From NCBI RefSeq assembly GCF_006345805.1, contig NC_043000.1, forward strand, positions 16,306,001 to 16,370,000: a DNA stretch of 64,000 bases. The letters are read 5' to 3'. The notes beneath the pieces were generated by a model. It saw only the letters and a list, made by a program, of their open reading frames with translations. It did no database searches and was not told the DNA's origin. How positions within the stretch are numbered: position 1 is the stretch's first letter; every line of letters begins with the position of its first letter. This DNA is from Octopus sinensis (taxonomy: Eukaryota). This document shows positions 52,342 through 64,000 of this stretch, piece by piece. The translations under genes and the position numbers were made by a program.

Positions 52342-53348
52342 CGACAGGCTCCTTTCAGTTTCTGTCTACCAAATCCACTTGCAAGGCTTTTGCCGGCCCG
52401 AGGTTATAGTAAAAGACACTTGCCCATGGTGCCACGCAGTGGGACTGAACCTGGAACCATGTGGTTCGTAAGCAAGCTACTTACCACACAGCCAAAACAT
52501 TTGAGGACAACTCAGTACTTGATGCACTGCTTTCTGCTGCAGAAACACACAAGTTGTGGTTTTATCTTCTTTTTCCCCCAACAAGTAACAGAGGCATTTC
52601 AAAAGGTTGCAAGTAATGACTCTTCTCTTAAGGAGGGAAGCACTCCGTCAGTTACGACGACGAGGGTTCCGGTTGATCCAAATCAACGGAACAGCCTGCT
52701 TGTGAAATTAATGTGTAAGTGGCTGAGCATTCCACAGACACGTGTACCCTTAACGTAGTTGTCGGGGATATTCAGCGTGACACAGAGAGTGACAAGGCCG
52801 GCCCTTTGAAATACAGAAACAGGAAGTAAGAGTGAGAGAAAGTTGTGGTGAAAGAGTACAGCAGGGATCACCACCATCCCCTGCCGGAGCCTCGTGGAGC
52901 TTTTAGGTGTTTTTCGCTCAATAAACACTCACAACGCCCGGTCTGGGAATCGAAACCGCAATCCTATGACCGCGAGTCCGCTGCCCTAACCACTGGGCCA
53001 TTGCGCCTCCACCCAACAAGTAATAGAGGCGTTTCAAAAGGTTGCAAGTAATGACTCTTCTCTAAATAAGCCATAAAAAAAATTTAAAGTTTTCCCTATT
53101 TTATCATGACAACCCTATTAGCATACTCTTATCTCTATTCACACCAAAAAAAAAAAAGAGAAGGAGGGACACATTTTTCAAAGGAAATGAACCCTTGTTA
53201 TGCTAATTCCAGCAGCTTAATTTATAACAGAGATTCCTGCTCTTTCAATAATGATGCCATTATCAATCTATTATATCATATATCACCAAACAAGACAAAG
53301 TACTTCAACAACAGTTAGAATAAACATACATATATATATAATAATGTA

Positions 53349-53560
53349 TTAGGGGTACCGAAAAGTAATATTGCATTTTCAAGCAAATAGCCAGATATCA
53401 TACCAAAAGAGGATCCACAGCAATGTGCTGGGACTTTCAGAGACTTATCTAATGAACCTTGGTCCACAGTGCAGGGTCATTTCAAGTAGATTGGGAAAAT
53501 CTATAAAGAAGGGAAGAAGGTACCCAATGAGCTGTCCCTTGAGAATAAAGGCCATATTCA
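53349..53560 (+). mobile_element. mariner transposon relic
   Basis: TA|TTAGGGGTACCGAAAAGTAAT is TIR-like. It is followed by EDPQQ...WSTVQGHFK*IGKIYKEGKKVPNELS, a degenerate WVPHEL motif. Confidence 0.65.
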
Positions 53561-54163
53561 TGGAAAATGGACAAAATCAAAAGCAAACTCGATGAACATT
53601 AATGGAATTTGTAGTTTTGTGGTACCAGTGCCGGTGGTACCAGTGCCGGTGGCACATACGAAAACCATCCGAACATGGCCGTAGCCAGTACCGCATTGAC
53701 TGGCCTCCGTGCTGGTGGCATGTAACAAACACCATCCGATCGTGGCCGTGCCAGCTTTACCTGGCCTCCATGCCGGTGGCACGTAAAAAACACCATCCGA
53801 GCGTGGCCGTTCGCCAGCTCCGTCTGGCACCTGTGCGGGTGGCACGTAAAAAGCACCCACTACACTCACGGAGTGGTTGGCGTTAGGAAGGGCATCCAGC
53901 TGTAGAAACACTGCCAGATCTGACTGGGCCTGATGAAGCCTTCCAGCTTCACAGACCCCAGTCGAACCGTCCAACCCATGCTAGCATGGAAAGCGGATGC
54001 TAAATGATGATGATGATGATGATGATGATGATGGTGATTACATTTTGAATGAACAAATATATTTACAAAATGTTTTGAATTCATCACTGACTTACACTCA
54101 TTACATGAGATGCAACATTACGTTTTTGGTACCTCTAATGTATACTACAGAAATGGTTCTTAC

Positions 54164-54381
54164 CATAATTGGACAGATGGGTGCCAGATGGTCATAAAGA
54201 AGTCGAGCTTCACCAATATTACATGCCTGGAATGTAAGTTGTAAACAGCAACAGCCCATTCCAAAACCCATAGCATCCATATATATATGGTCTGGTTTGG
54301 CTGCATTTTGTGACTCACCATTGTCTCCATATATGGATAAATCTTCCAGGAATGGAGACATGGTATTCTTATCTTTAAAAA
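54164..54381 (-). CDS. GCLC: GCLC exon
   Basis: tttcag|[14 protein letters not shown]...[47 protein letters not shown]|gtaaga; signature GCLC motif. Confidence 0.97.
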
Positions 54382-55756
54382 CTGAAACCAGACAAAGAAA
54401 AAGCTATACAAACATAACAAGAAAAACAAAAAAAACACATAAGTATTATGAAATACTGGTTTCATCTGACAAATTAATTTTACTTATTGGTAATGTTCTT
54501 AGTAAATGATGCCAACACTTCAATCACCCACAGAATCTTTGTAGCATCAGATATCCTTTTTTTATTTTTTATCGTCTACCATCTTATTTCACTCAGATTT
54601 TACCACAGAGAGCAGATGATATTTTTACATTCAATTTTTAATCAAGTATATCCCTTATTACTTATTTCTGTTTGGTATTTACATATTTCACTTGCTCCAG
54701 CTATATTTCATCGTCACATACTAATGACCAGAAAAACCATAATAAACAACCCCTCATTCTGTAGAGGGGACAAAACATCTTCCAACAATTACAAAAATAC
54801 AATCTGTTTTCAAAATGGAAGGTTTTGATTTAAGGGGGATTTGGCTGTTATTTATATTAATACGTAATTGATTATTAAATTAATATTAACTGATATCACG
54901 CTAATTCATTGTTTAATATCAATTGCATAAAATCTCAGTAACTAATTCATAATTTAATTCAAAAAGTCATTTCTTGTTGCAAACACTGAACTGAGGTATG
55001 AGGTATCATCATGCTGCACATTAGTACAGTGCCCTATCCTGCTAGCACTAAGTGACTGATAGTTATCTTGTGGAGATAAAATATCAGAAGCAAATTACAA
55101 CGTCCAATTTCAAGGAGAAGGAATGGTAGGTGCTGTGTAACGTAATCAGCAGTGCAGTGGCTTGGTAAGTGGTAATACATGCTGGAATCCTTCAATGCAC
55201 TTGGTGCTTGATATCTATAGACTGCCTCCTCCTCCTCATCACCACCACCACCACCACCACCATCACCATCATCATCATCATCAACATCATCATCATCATC
55301 GTCGTCGTCGTCGTCATCAACATCGTCATCATCATCATTTAATGCCCATTTTCTATGCTGGCATGCATTAGACAGTATGACAGGGGCTGGCTAGGAAGAA
55401 GATTGCACAAGGCTTCACTGTCTGTTTTGGTAGGGTTTTTATGGCTGGATGCCCTTCCTAACACCAACTATCTCACAGAGTGTCTGATAGCATTTGAAGA
55501 TATGTAATTTTGAACAGTAAAAACATTAACGGAAAAAGGATGAAGTCAGAGAGAAAATATAGTGAACAAAACAAAGCATCTTTAACAAAACAACCATTAG
55601 AATCAGATGCAGAAGGTGAAAGACAGATTCGAATGCCAAATAGCTGACTCTTGCCAAGACTCTTACCTGCAGGAATATTCTATTTACTGGTGTGTTGGAG
55701 ACAATGTTAATGAGTTATATACTAATTATGTATGGTAAATAAACAGTTATACTTAC

Positions 55757-55815
55757 TAGGAATATTAATAGCAACTTTTTCTTTCCTCCTCAGTCTAACA
55801 TTTCTGGTAAGGGTC
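55757..55815 (-). CDS. GCLC: GCLC exon
   Basis: ttaag|TLTRNVRLRRKEKVAINIP|gtaagt; 59 nt, phases match both neighbours. Confidence 0.92.
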
Positions 55816-56380
55816 CTTAATAGAAGAAGCAATAGAGAAAGATGAGGGACATAGAGAATACAGCTGAGCATGAAGGGAAAATACTGAATACAGTCTAAAC
55901 AGCAGCACAGACATCAATACCCAAAGTACAAGTGTCACTTCTACCCCACATTACATTACTGGTATCATATGAATCTTCCATCACAATACAAGTGTCAAAC
56001 TTGCCACCTGTCACATTACAGGTGCCACACCTATCCACTATTACATAACTGGTGCCACATCTATCTACCCCCATGTTACTGTTGCCCTTCAGTATAGTAC
56101 TAGTTCCTTGCTCTCTGTTATGTTACAGGTGATGTCACATCTATTCCCCACTACATCACTAGTTCCTTACCTAATCACCAACAGCGTACAGGTGCAATTT
56201 CTTTTAAGCATCCACATATACCAATTTAAAAGAATATTACTGAATGTCTTATGATTTGGTATACACCATCAAAACTTAAAATATAGACAAATAGAACAAC
56301 ATGACACATAACACCCCAGTAATGTACATATAATACAAAAACATAGAGTGACATTACACAAAATACCTCTATAAGTGACA

Positions 56381-56748
56381 TCTCTATATATATAAACAGC
56401 AAAATGTCTGTCTGTATGTGTGTCCTTTATACAAATCCACAATTTTTCAGTTAGAGGGCTCACACTTTCTATGGTCATTCAAAACCATCCAAGGGTGGTT
56501 GTGCACATCTTTACATTTCCCCAGTCACCCCGCAAAGCCATTAAAGAATCAAGAGAAGTGACTTTTTTGTGAATTTCCTATCCAAAACTCAATCAAAATG
56601 TCCGAAACATGATACACCAATTGAATGCCAGCTAGCTGTATGCGATTGGTCGGAGATTTGGACAGTACTCGCATGTATGTGCGCACGCATGCAGCTGTAT
56701 ATGCATGCACTAGCACTATGACCTGGCATTGCCGGGTCATAGTGCTAG
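56381..56748 (+). mobile_element. Non-autonomous Helitron, family H1
   Basis: A|TCtctatatatataaacagc...ggtcatagtgCTAG|T. Sister copies at 51364-51707 and 58476-58839. Confidence 0.85.
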
Positions 56749-58156
56749 TATAATATACAGACAATTAAATGTTACATACAATACACAGACATCTGGAAAG
56801 ACATTACACACACACAACTCTATAACTTACATATAATATATAGACATATGTGGAGGTGCAATGGCCTAGTGGTTAGGGCAGCGGACTCGCGGTCGCAGGA
56901 TCGCGGTTTCGATTCGCAGACCGGGCGTTGTGTGTGTTTATTGAGCGAAAACACCTAAAAGCTCCACGAGGCTCCGGCAGGGGGTGGTGATCCCTGCTGT
57001 ACTCTTTCACCACTCTTTCTTCTGTTGGTCTGCTCGCTTAGCCAGCGGGGTGGCGTCATTCGAAGGCTAAAACAATGCGAACGCATTGTGACCAGCGATG
57101 TGTAACAACATCTGATGGTCTGGTCGGTCACATGATCACGTGATATAGACATATAATGCAGCATAGAACATAACACAAAAAACTTAAAACCACAGTTCAG
57201 TACTAAACCTGTATATAATTCCCAAGAATGCTGTTTATAGTAGTTGAACTGGGGTCCTCATCTTGATTCTTGCTTTCTCTATGTTTTAGCTGTGGTGTTT
57301 TCCAATCTTCTTCACGGGTCTTGTGTTGAACTCAATTGTTGTATCAGAGTTTCAAACCGAACCCTTTACTTGATCCACAGGAGTACACTGATCTCATTTC
57401 ACTCTCTGCGTTTCATGACATTTTTTTGTGTCAGTTGATATTTTGTGAATTATCTTAGTGCCTTGCTTGGAACTGAACTCGGAATCTCAAGGTGATTGCA
57501 CTGCATCAACCATCATCTTGACTGACAACCTTACACAGTGTCTGATAGCATTTACATATCATAAATTCCTCATTTCAGAAATATAGAATTGTAATTCCCA
57601 AGAAGCTTCTGGCATAATATCACTGGCCAAAAGCAATTCCTTGAACCAGACGAGAATTCAGTTACTATAACAAAACAACCACCATCACTACCTATTTCTT
57701 TACTACCCACAAGGGGCTAAATATAGAGGGGACAAACAAAGACAGACAAACGGATTAAGTCAATTACATCGACCCCAGTGCGTAACTGGTACTTATTTAA
57801 TCGACCCCAGTGCGTAACTGGTACTTATTTAATCGACCCCAGTGCGTAACTGGTACTTATTTAATCGACCCCAAAAGGATGAAAGGCAAAGTCGACCTCA
57901 GCAGAATTTGAACTCAGAACGTAACAGCGGACGAAATATGGCTACGCATTTCGCCTGGCGTGCTAACGTTTCTGCCAGCTCGCCGCCCACCACCACCACC
58001 ACCATACCAGCAAAGTGCTTCAATACATTATACATTTAGCCACAGCATAGTCCTAAAGAATCATTCATACTTGATATCTTCATAGTTCCCATGATTAAAC
58101 ATAAGTCACACAAACACACACACACAAAAAGTATTATATCATAGAGAATAGCTTAC

Positions 58157-58273
58157 TTGAATCGAGGATGGCTTGAGTGGATAGCTTCATCAGGAAAGAA
58201 GAGAGAACTGGAACATCCTGAAGGTGTGGGATTTGGCTTGTAAGATGGATAAGTGAAATTAGAGCAACCAACC
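58157..58273 (-). CDS. GCLC: GCLC exon, first one visible in this window
   Basis: ttttag|(R)VGCSNFTYPSYKPNPTPSGCSSSLFFPDEAIHSSHPRF(K)|gtaagc; matches the GCLC SLFFPDEAI...HPRF motif. Confidence 0.92.
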
Positions 58274-60303
58274 CTAAAATATGAGGATCAGAAAGAAAAT
58301 TGACAAACAAAAAAACATCAAATCAACAGTCGTACACTAATCATCAAGGCTTAAATGAAGATAATTAAAGTCTTTGTTGCAGCTGTCAGAGAAAATGGTA
58401 TACAATATTCAAAACAAATGCCTATAGCACAACTTAGACTAACCCAAGGAAGAGGAATACAAGACGAGAATATCATCTCTCTATATATAAACAGCAAAAT
58501 GTCTGCGTGTGTGTCTTTTATACAAATCCACAATTTTTCTGTTAGAGGACTCGCACTTTCTATGGTCATTCAAAACCGTCCAAGGGTGGTCATGCACATC
58601 TTTACATTTCCCCAGTCACCCCGCAAAGCCATTAAAAAATCAATAGAAGTGACTTTTTTCTGAATTTCCTATCCAAAACTCAATCAAAATGTCCAAAACT
58701 TGATACGCCGATTGAATACCAGTTAGCTGTATGTGATTGGTCGGAGATTTGGACAGTACTCGCGTGTATGTGTGCACACACGCAGCTGTATATGCATGCA
58801 CTAGCACTATGACCCAGCAACACCAGGTCATAGTGCTAGTACATATCAAAGTGGCACATAATCCATGTTGTCAAAATATTTTTAATGTCATCAGATCAAT
58901 ATGGCTATCATCAGACAAAATACTGAACTAAAATATTTAATTGTTGGATTAAACCCTTCAAGGGTTTTGTTGAAAGTAAAAGGCAACCAAAAAACTTAAA
59001 GCCATTGTTGTCAAAGGTAAAGTTTGACTAAACAACAGTAACAACTCTACTAAATACTTGCATTATGAAAAAAAAAAATTCCAGAAGATGAGTTTAATAT
59101 TAGAACCTCCACTTCCATTAAGAACAAAGAAGGCAGTTATTTAGGTATTTTTTGTAATAACATATTTGCACAATTTTTCACTGAATACCAGAAAAATGAT
59201 ATATCCCATTGGCCATCACAGTAGTCAGAAATATATATTTCTCTTTAAGAATATTCAGCAGTAATAATAATTAGTGTCTCTAATAGAGGAACAAGGCCCC
59301 TGCAATTTGGGGGAAGAAGGGGGATGTTAGATGGTTAAATGAACCCCAGTACATGATTGTAATTTTTATGTTATTGACTGCCAAAAGACGAAACGCGAAG
59401 TGGACCTTGAAAGAATCTGAAATCAGAATAGAAGCTAGACAAATACCACAAAGTATTTTATCTGTTTCTTTATATTCTGATTTTAAATTCTTCTGAGGTT
59501 AACTTTTTGGAAACAGAATATAAAGAGCCAGAGGATATACCTGACAAAATATCTTAATAATATTAATAATCCTCTGAAATTTTTGGCACAAGGCCAGCAA
59601 TTTTGAGGGGAGGGATAAGTTGATTACATCGACCCCAGTGTTCAACTGGTACTTATTTTATCGACCCATAAAGGATGAAAAGATGAAATGCAAAGTTGGC
59701 TTCGGTGGAATTTTAACAATGCCCTGATGCAGGAACCAGGCAGTGGCTTTCATGGCTTCTCATCTTAACTGATTGGAAGTGTCATCATGTACATTGTTTT
59801 GTCTTGGTATAAAAGATGAGCTACAGAAACTATTCTATTCAATACCACAGATTTGCTTGTCAGCTTGACCATAACCAGTTGAGTATGTCCCTTAGTGGCT
59901 GCCGATATGTGCATCTCTGATCACAAGCAGAAGTAGTGGAGGAGCATCGTAGTCATGTGATGAGAGGGATTCTTTGGGGTTTGGATAATTCACCTTTGGA
60001 AACATGGGTGGTTCGTTCAATATCCTTAAACAACCCTTATTCAGGGACCTTTTGAGTGGGATGGGCTACTTGACCAGAAGAAAATTCTAGCTGGGCCCTA
60101 CCTGCAAGGTCATGTGCTGTTAATCTTGATATGAGATCACCATGTTGTGCACATATGGTTGTGATGCATGTGCCTGGTGTACCCTTATCAGACACGTAGT
60201 CACGATGAGCATACTGGGCTTCGTATATTTTACCCGTGTTACTTCAATGGAATCAACTTATCCCTCCGCTCATAATTGCTAGCCTTGTGCCAAAAATTAG
60301 AGG

Positions 60304-60340
<37 letters not shown>

Positions 60341-60423
60341 TTTTCTACTATAGGCACAAGGCCTGAAATTTGAGGGGAGGGGACTAGTCAATTATTTCAA
60401 CCCCAGTGTTTCACTGGTACTTA

Positions 60424-61315
60424 CCATACTTGATGGCCTATAAGATGCACCTTTTTTTTTTACCCCAAAATGGCTTTAAAAATCCCCATGTCTGATGCAC
60501 TCAATGTAGGCTCAAAACTTACGACTGTTGGCCAAAATTATACATTGGAGGTCCCGTAGATGTAGCCTAGTAGCCTAGCCTAACTCTCTATGATATTGTA
60601 ATAGCCTATCTTTTCAAAAAAACATTAGATTATTATTATTATTTATCATCATCATGATTACTATTGATAATATCATAATTATTATATATGTTGTTATCAA
60701 TATTTTATTACCCGATATCTGTAACAGCATCTTAAATGCTTTACATATTTGTTTACAAAATGTGTGCTACCATCTACTGAACTGTCACTTGATAGCAATG
60801 CTAAAGCTACCTGGCAACACTGGTAACATTCGCTATATGAAGGATAACACAAAATCTTCGTTCAGTTGCTCACGAGACACAGGTTGTTATGGATTAGAGA
60901 TTTTAAAAAATTTTCTGGATTTTACCTATATAGATATGGTTACAGGAGGAAAGAGGTTAAGCTAGAATATTCGGTACAAGCTTCAAGTAATAGACTATGC
61001 TAAAGAGTATGGAAACAGAGCAGCAGTGTGGTATTTTGGCCGTCCTCCTACTGAAAAAATGGTATGTTTCTGGTGGCTGCAAGAAAATAAACTACAGCCA
61101 GTGAAGAAAGGAAACCATCACCTTCGTTACTCAGCTCTACACTGGCCTGAAATTGAGAAGGAAATAAAAATGTGGGTAGTAGATGCAAGAACTTCAGGCA
61201 CACTAATTTCTACAAAAATGATAAGGAACAAGGCCAAACGGTTAGCGAACGAAAAGGGGATTCAGAACTTTATTGGGACAGAAGGATGGTGTTATCGATT
61301 TATGAAACAAACGTG
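60424..61315 (+). mobile_element. pogo-family transposon 5' part with a decayed transposase
   Basis: TA|CCATACTTGATGGCCTATAAGATGCACC terminus. From 60936: MVTGGKRLS*NIRYKLQVIDYAKEYGNRAA...WPEIEKEIKMWV...ISTKMIRNKAKRLA...FIGTEGWCYRFMKQ, consistent with Brinker-type and CENP-B-type HTH domains. An S3 SINE truncates it. Confidence 0.8.
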
Positions 61316-62545
61316 TGCTGCCAGCTCACCGCTTTCAATAAAATAGTAATAATAATAATAATAATTATTATTATTTCTTTATTGCCCACAGGAGGCTAAA
61401 CACAGAGGGGACAAACAAGGACAGACAAAGGGATTAAGTTGATTACATCGACCCCAGTGTGTAACTGGTACTTATTTAATCGACCCCGAAAGGATGAAAG
61501 GCAAAGTTGACCTTGGCGGAATTTGAACTCAGAACATAACAGCAGATGAAATACCGCTAAGCATTTCGCCCCGCAAGCTCGCCGCCTTCCATCAAAATGA
61601 TGATGATGATAATGATGATTATGATTATGATTATAATAATAATAATAATAATAATAATATAATAATAATAATAATAATAATGATGATGATGATAATAATC
61701 TTTTCTGCTCTAGGCACAAGGCCCGAAATTTTGGAGGAGGGGGCCAGTCAATTAGATCAACTCCAGTATGCAACTGGTGCTTAATTTATCGACCCCGAAA
61801 GGATGAAAGGTAAAGTCGACCACGGCGGATTTTGAACAGAGAATGTAAGACAGGAGAAATACCGCTAAGCATTTCGCCCGAACATCATGAAATAAGTAGA
61901 GCCAAATCAAGGGACACTACTCTCGCAACAGTCTGGGAAGAAGACGTAATACCTATTGTATTGTAAATCTTAGAAAAACTGATGTAAAATGAATGCTGCT
62001 GCTGATTTCCTTAACCTCATTATCCCAAGAGAACATCTAAACATCGTTCATCTGGAATTTCAGAATCAGTTACTTTAACACTATTCCATGATTCAACTTG
62101 GTACTGACAGAGGCAATAAGCTATTGGCAGAATTATTAGAACATTGGAAAACTGTTTTGTGGTATTTCTTCCTTCTCTATACGTTCTGGGTTCAAATCCT
62201 GCTGTGGTCAGCTTTGCCTTTCATCACTTTGGACTTGATAATTAAAGTACCAGTCAAGTAAAGGGGCTGATGTTACTAACCTTGTGCCTAAATCAGAAAT
62301 CATCGTTATTGTTGTTGCTATTAATTATTAAGGCGGCGAACTGGCAGACTCATTAGTATTGCTGGGCAAAAATGCTTATAGGCATTTTCGTCTGTCCTTA
62401 CATTCTGGGTTCAAATTCCACCAAGGTAGACTTTACCTTTCATCCTTTTGGGGTTGATGAAATAAGTACCAGCTGAGCACTGGGGTCAATGTAATCAACT
62501 AGCCCCACTCCCCAAAATTTCAAACCTTGTATCTATAATAGAAGG

Positions 62546-62586
<41 letters not shown>

Positions 62587-64000
62587 GGCAGTGAGCTGGC
62601 AGAATCGTTAGCACACGGGGCAAAGTTCTTATCGGTATTTCGTTTGTCTTTATACTCTGAGTTCATATTCTGCTGGGGTTGACTTTGCCTTTCATCCTTT
62701 CAGAGTTGATAAAATAAGTACCAGTCAAGCACTGGGGTCGATGTAATTGATTAGTCCCCTCCTCCGAAATTTCAGGCCTTGTGCCTATAGTAGAAAGGAT
62801 TATTATTATTATTATTATTATCATTATTATTATTATTAAGGCAGTGAAGTGGCGGAATCATTTGCGTGGCAGAAAAAATGCTTAGCAGTATTTCATCCGT
62901 CTTTACATTCTGTGTTCAAATTCCACTGAGGTCGACTTTGCCTTTCATCCTTTCGGGGTCGATAAATTAAGTACCAGTTATGCACTAGGGTCGATGTAAT
63001 CGACTAGTCCTCTCCTCTAACATTTCATTCCTTGTGCCTATAGTAGAAAGGATTAGTATTATTATTATCCTTATTACTATTAAGGCAGTAAAGGCAGCGA
63101 GCTGGCAGAATCATTAGCACACGGGACAAAATACTTAGCGGTATTTCGTCTTTCTTTACTTCAAATGCAGCTGGGGGTTGACTTCGCCTTTCATCCTTTT
63201 AGGGTCAGTAAAATGAGTTCCGGTTGAACACTGGGGTCGATGATATCGACTTACTGCCTCCCCAAAATTTCAAGCCTTGCACCTTTAGTAGAAAGGATTA
63301 TTATTATTATTAAGGTGATGAGCTGGAAGAGTTATTAGAACATTGAACAAAATTCTCAACAACATTTCTTCTGACTCTTTACGTTTTAAGTTCAAATCCC
63401 CACCAAGGTCAACTTTGCCATTCCTCCTTTCAGAGGTCGATAAAAAAATAAAGTACCAGTCAAAAATACTGGGAGCTAATGCAAGTGGTTCGTGCCTTCT
63501 ACCACTTTTCAGGCTTTGTGCCTATATTAGAATAATTTTTATCGCCATAATTATACAGTCTACACTTATTTATTTATTTGTAAATCCATCTTTCTATAAT
63601 CACATAGGTAAGATTAGGTTATTGGAGCAATTGTTCTTATGGCTGGACATACTTTTTAGGTGGAAAGTCGTCAGTAAAGTTAGAACAAGCAGAGTTATGT
63701 ACCGTGTTCAAATGTTCACCATAATGGCAATAGCAAGTTGTCTAGAAGTTGAACTTCACAGTCAATGTGCCTAAATCTAATAATGTTTGAAGCTCTAAAC
63801 TACTATAGTGTAATACTACAGCTACTATAGTGGCAGTCATGCTTTCCCAGGGACATTACCATATTTACTCGTATACAAGTTGTGCTATTTTATATTGGAT
63901 TTTCACTGAAAAACACACACACATACACACACACATACACACACACAATCAGTTCTGACATAGGTTAACCCTTTAGCATTCAGATTATTCTGTCAAACAT

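Noticed and set aside
55162-55371. Poly-His ORF (also 53866-54087 and 61396-61773)
   Set aside because: Translations of (CAT)n/(CAC)n/(TAA)n SINE-tail microsatellites.
63343-63774. 143-aa ORF on +
   Set aside because: It begins inside a degenerate SINE, has no recognisable domain and shows no convincing splice context.
58274-64000. Upstream GCLC exons (WRPEYG..MIEGTPG and earlier)
   Set aside because: Searched the - strand by eye and found none. They probably lie beyond the window, though I may have missed a diverged exon.

Overview
AT-rich, intron-rich animal DNA. The SINE, MITE and microsatellite families look cephalopod (octopus-like); this is inferred from repeat types, not from a database match. 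I built three protein-coding genes by hand from splice sites and reading frames. (1) A complete five-coding-exon 14-3-3 (zeta-like) gene on + (2645-7838, 252 aa), followed by about 7 kb with no recognisable transposon. (2) The 3' twelve coding exons of GCLC (glutamate-cysteine ligase catalytic subunit) on - (58273 to 21831); its 5' exons probably lie beyond base 64000. (3) A probably secreted gene with a Ser/Thr/Asn-rich stalk, 21 Gly-X-Y triplets and a C1q domain (otolin-1/CTRP-like), nested antisense in the 13-kb GCLC intron. The rest is dense with tRNA-derived SINEs, TTAA- and TA-flanked MITEs, non-autonomous Helitrons and LINE or DNA-transposase fragments. Most ORF-track entries are spurious repeat translations. 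The best leads are the nested otolin-like gene, Helitron copies whose terminal hairpin loop occurs in both orientations, a perfect 96-bp inverted repeat, a six-unit SINE tandem array and a 52-bp duplication flanking a SINE.
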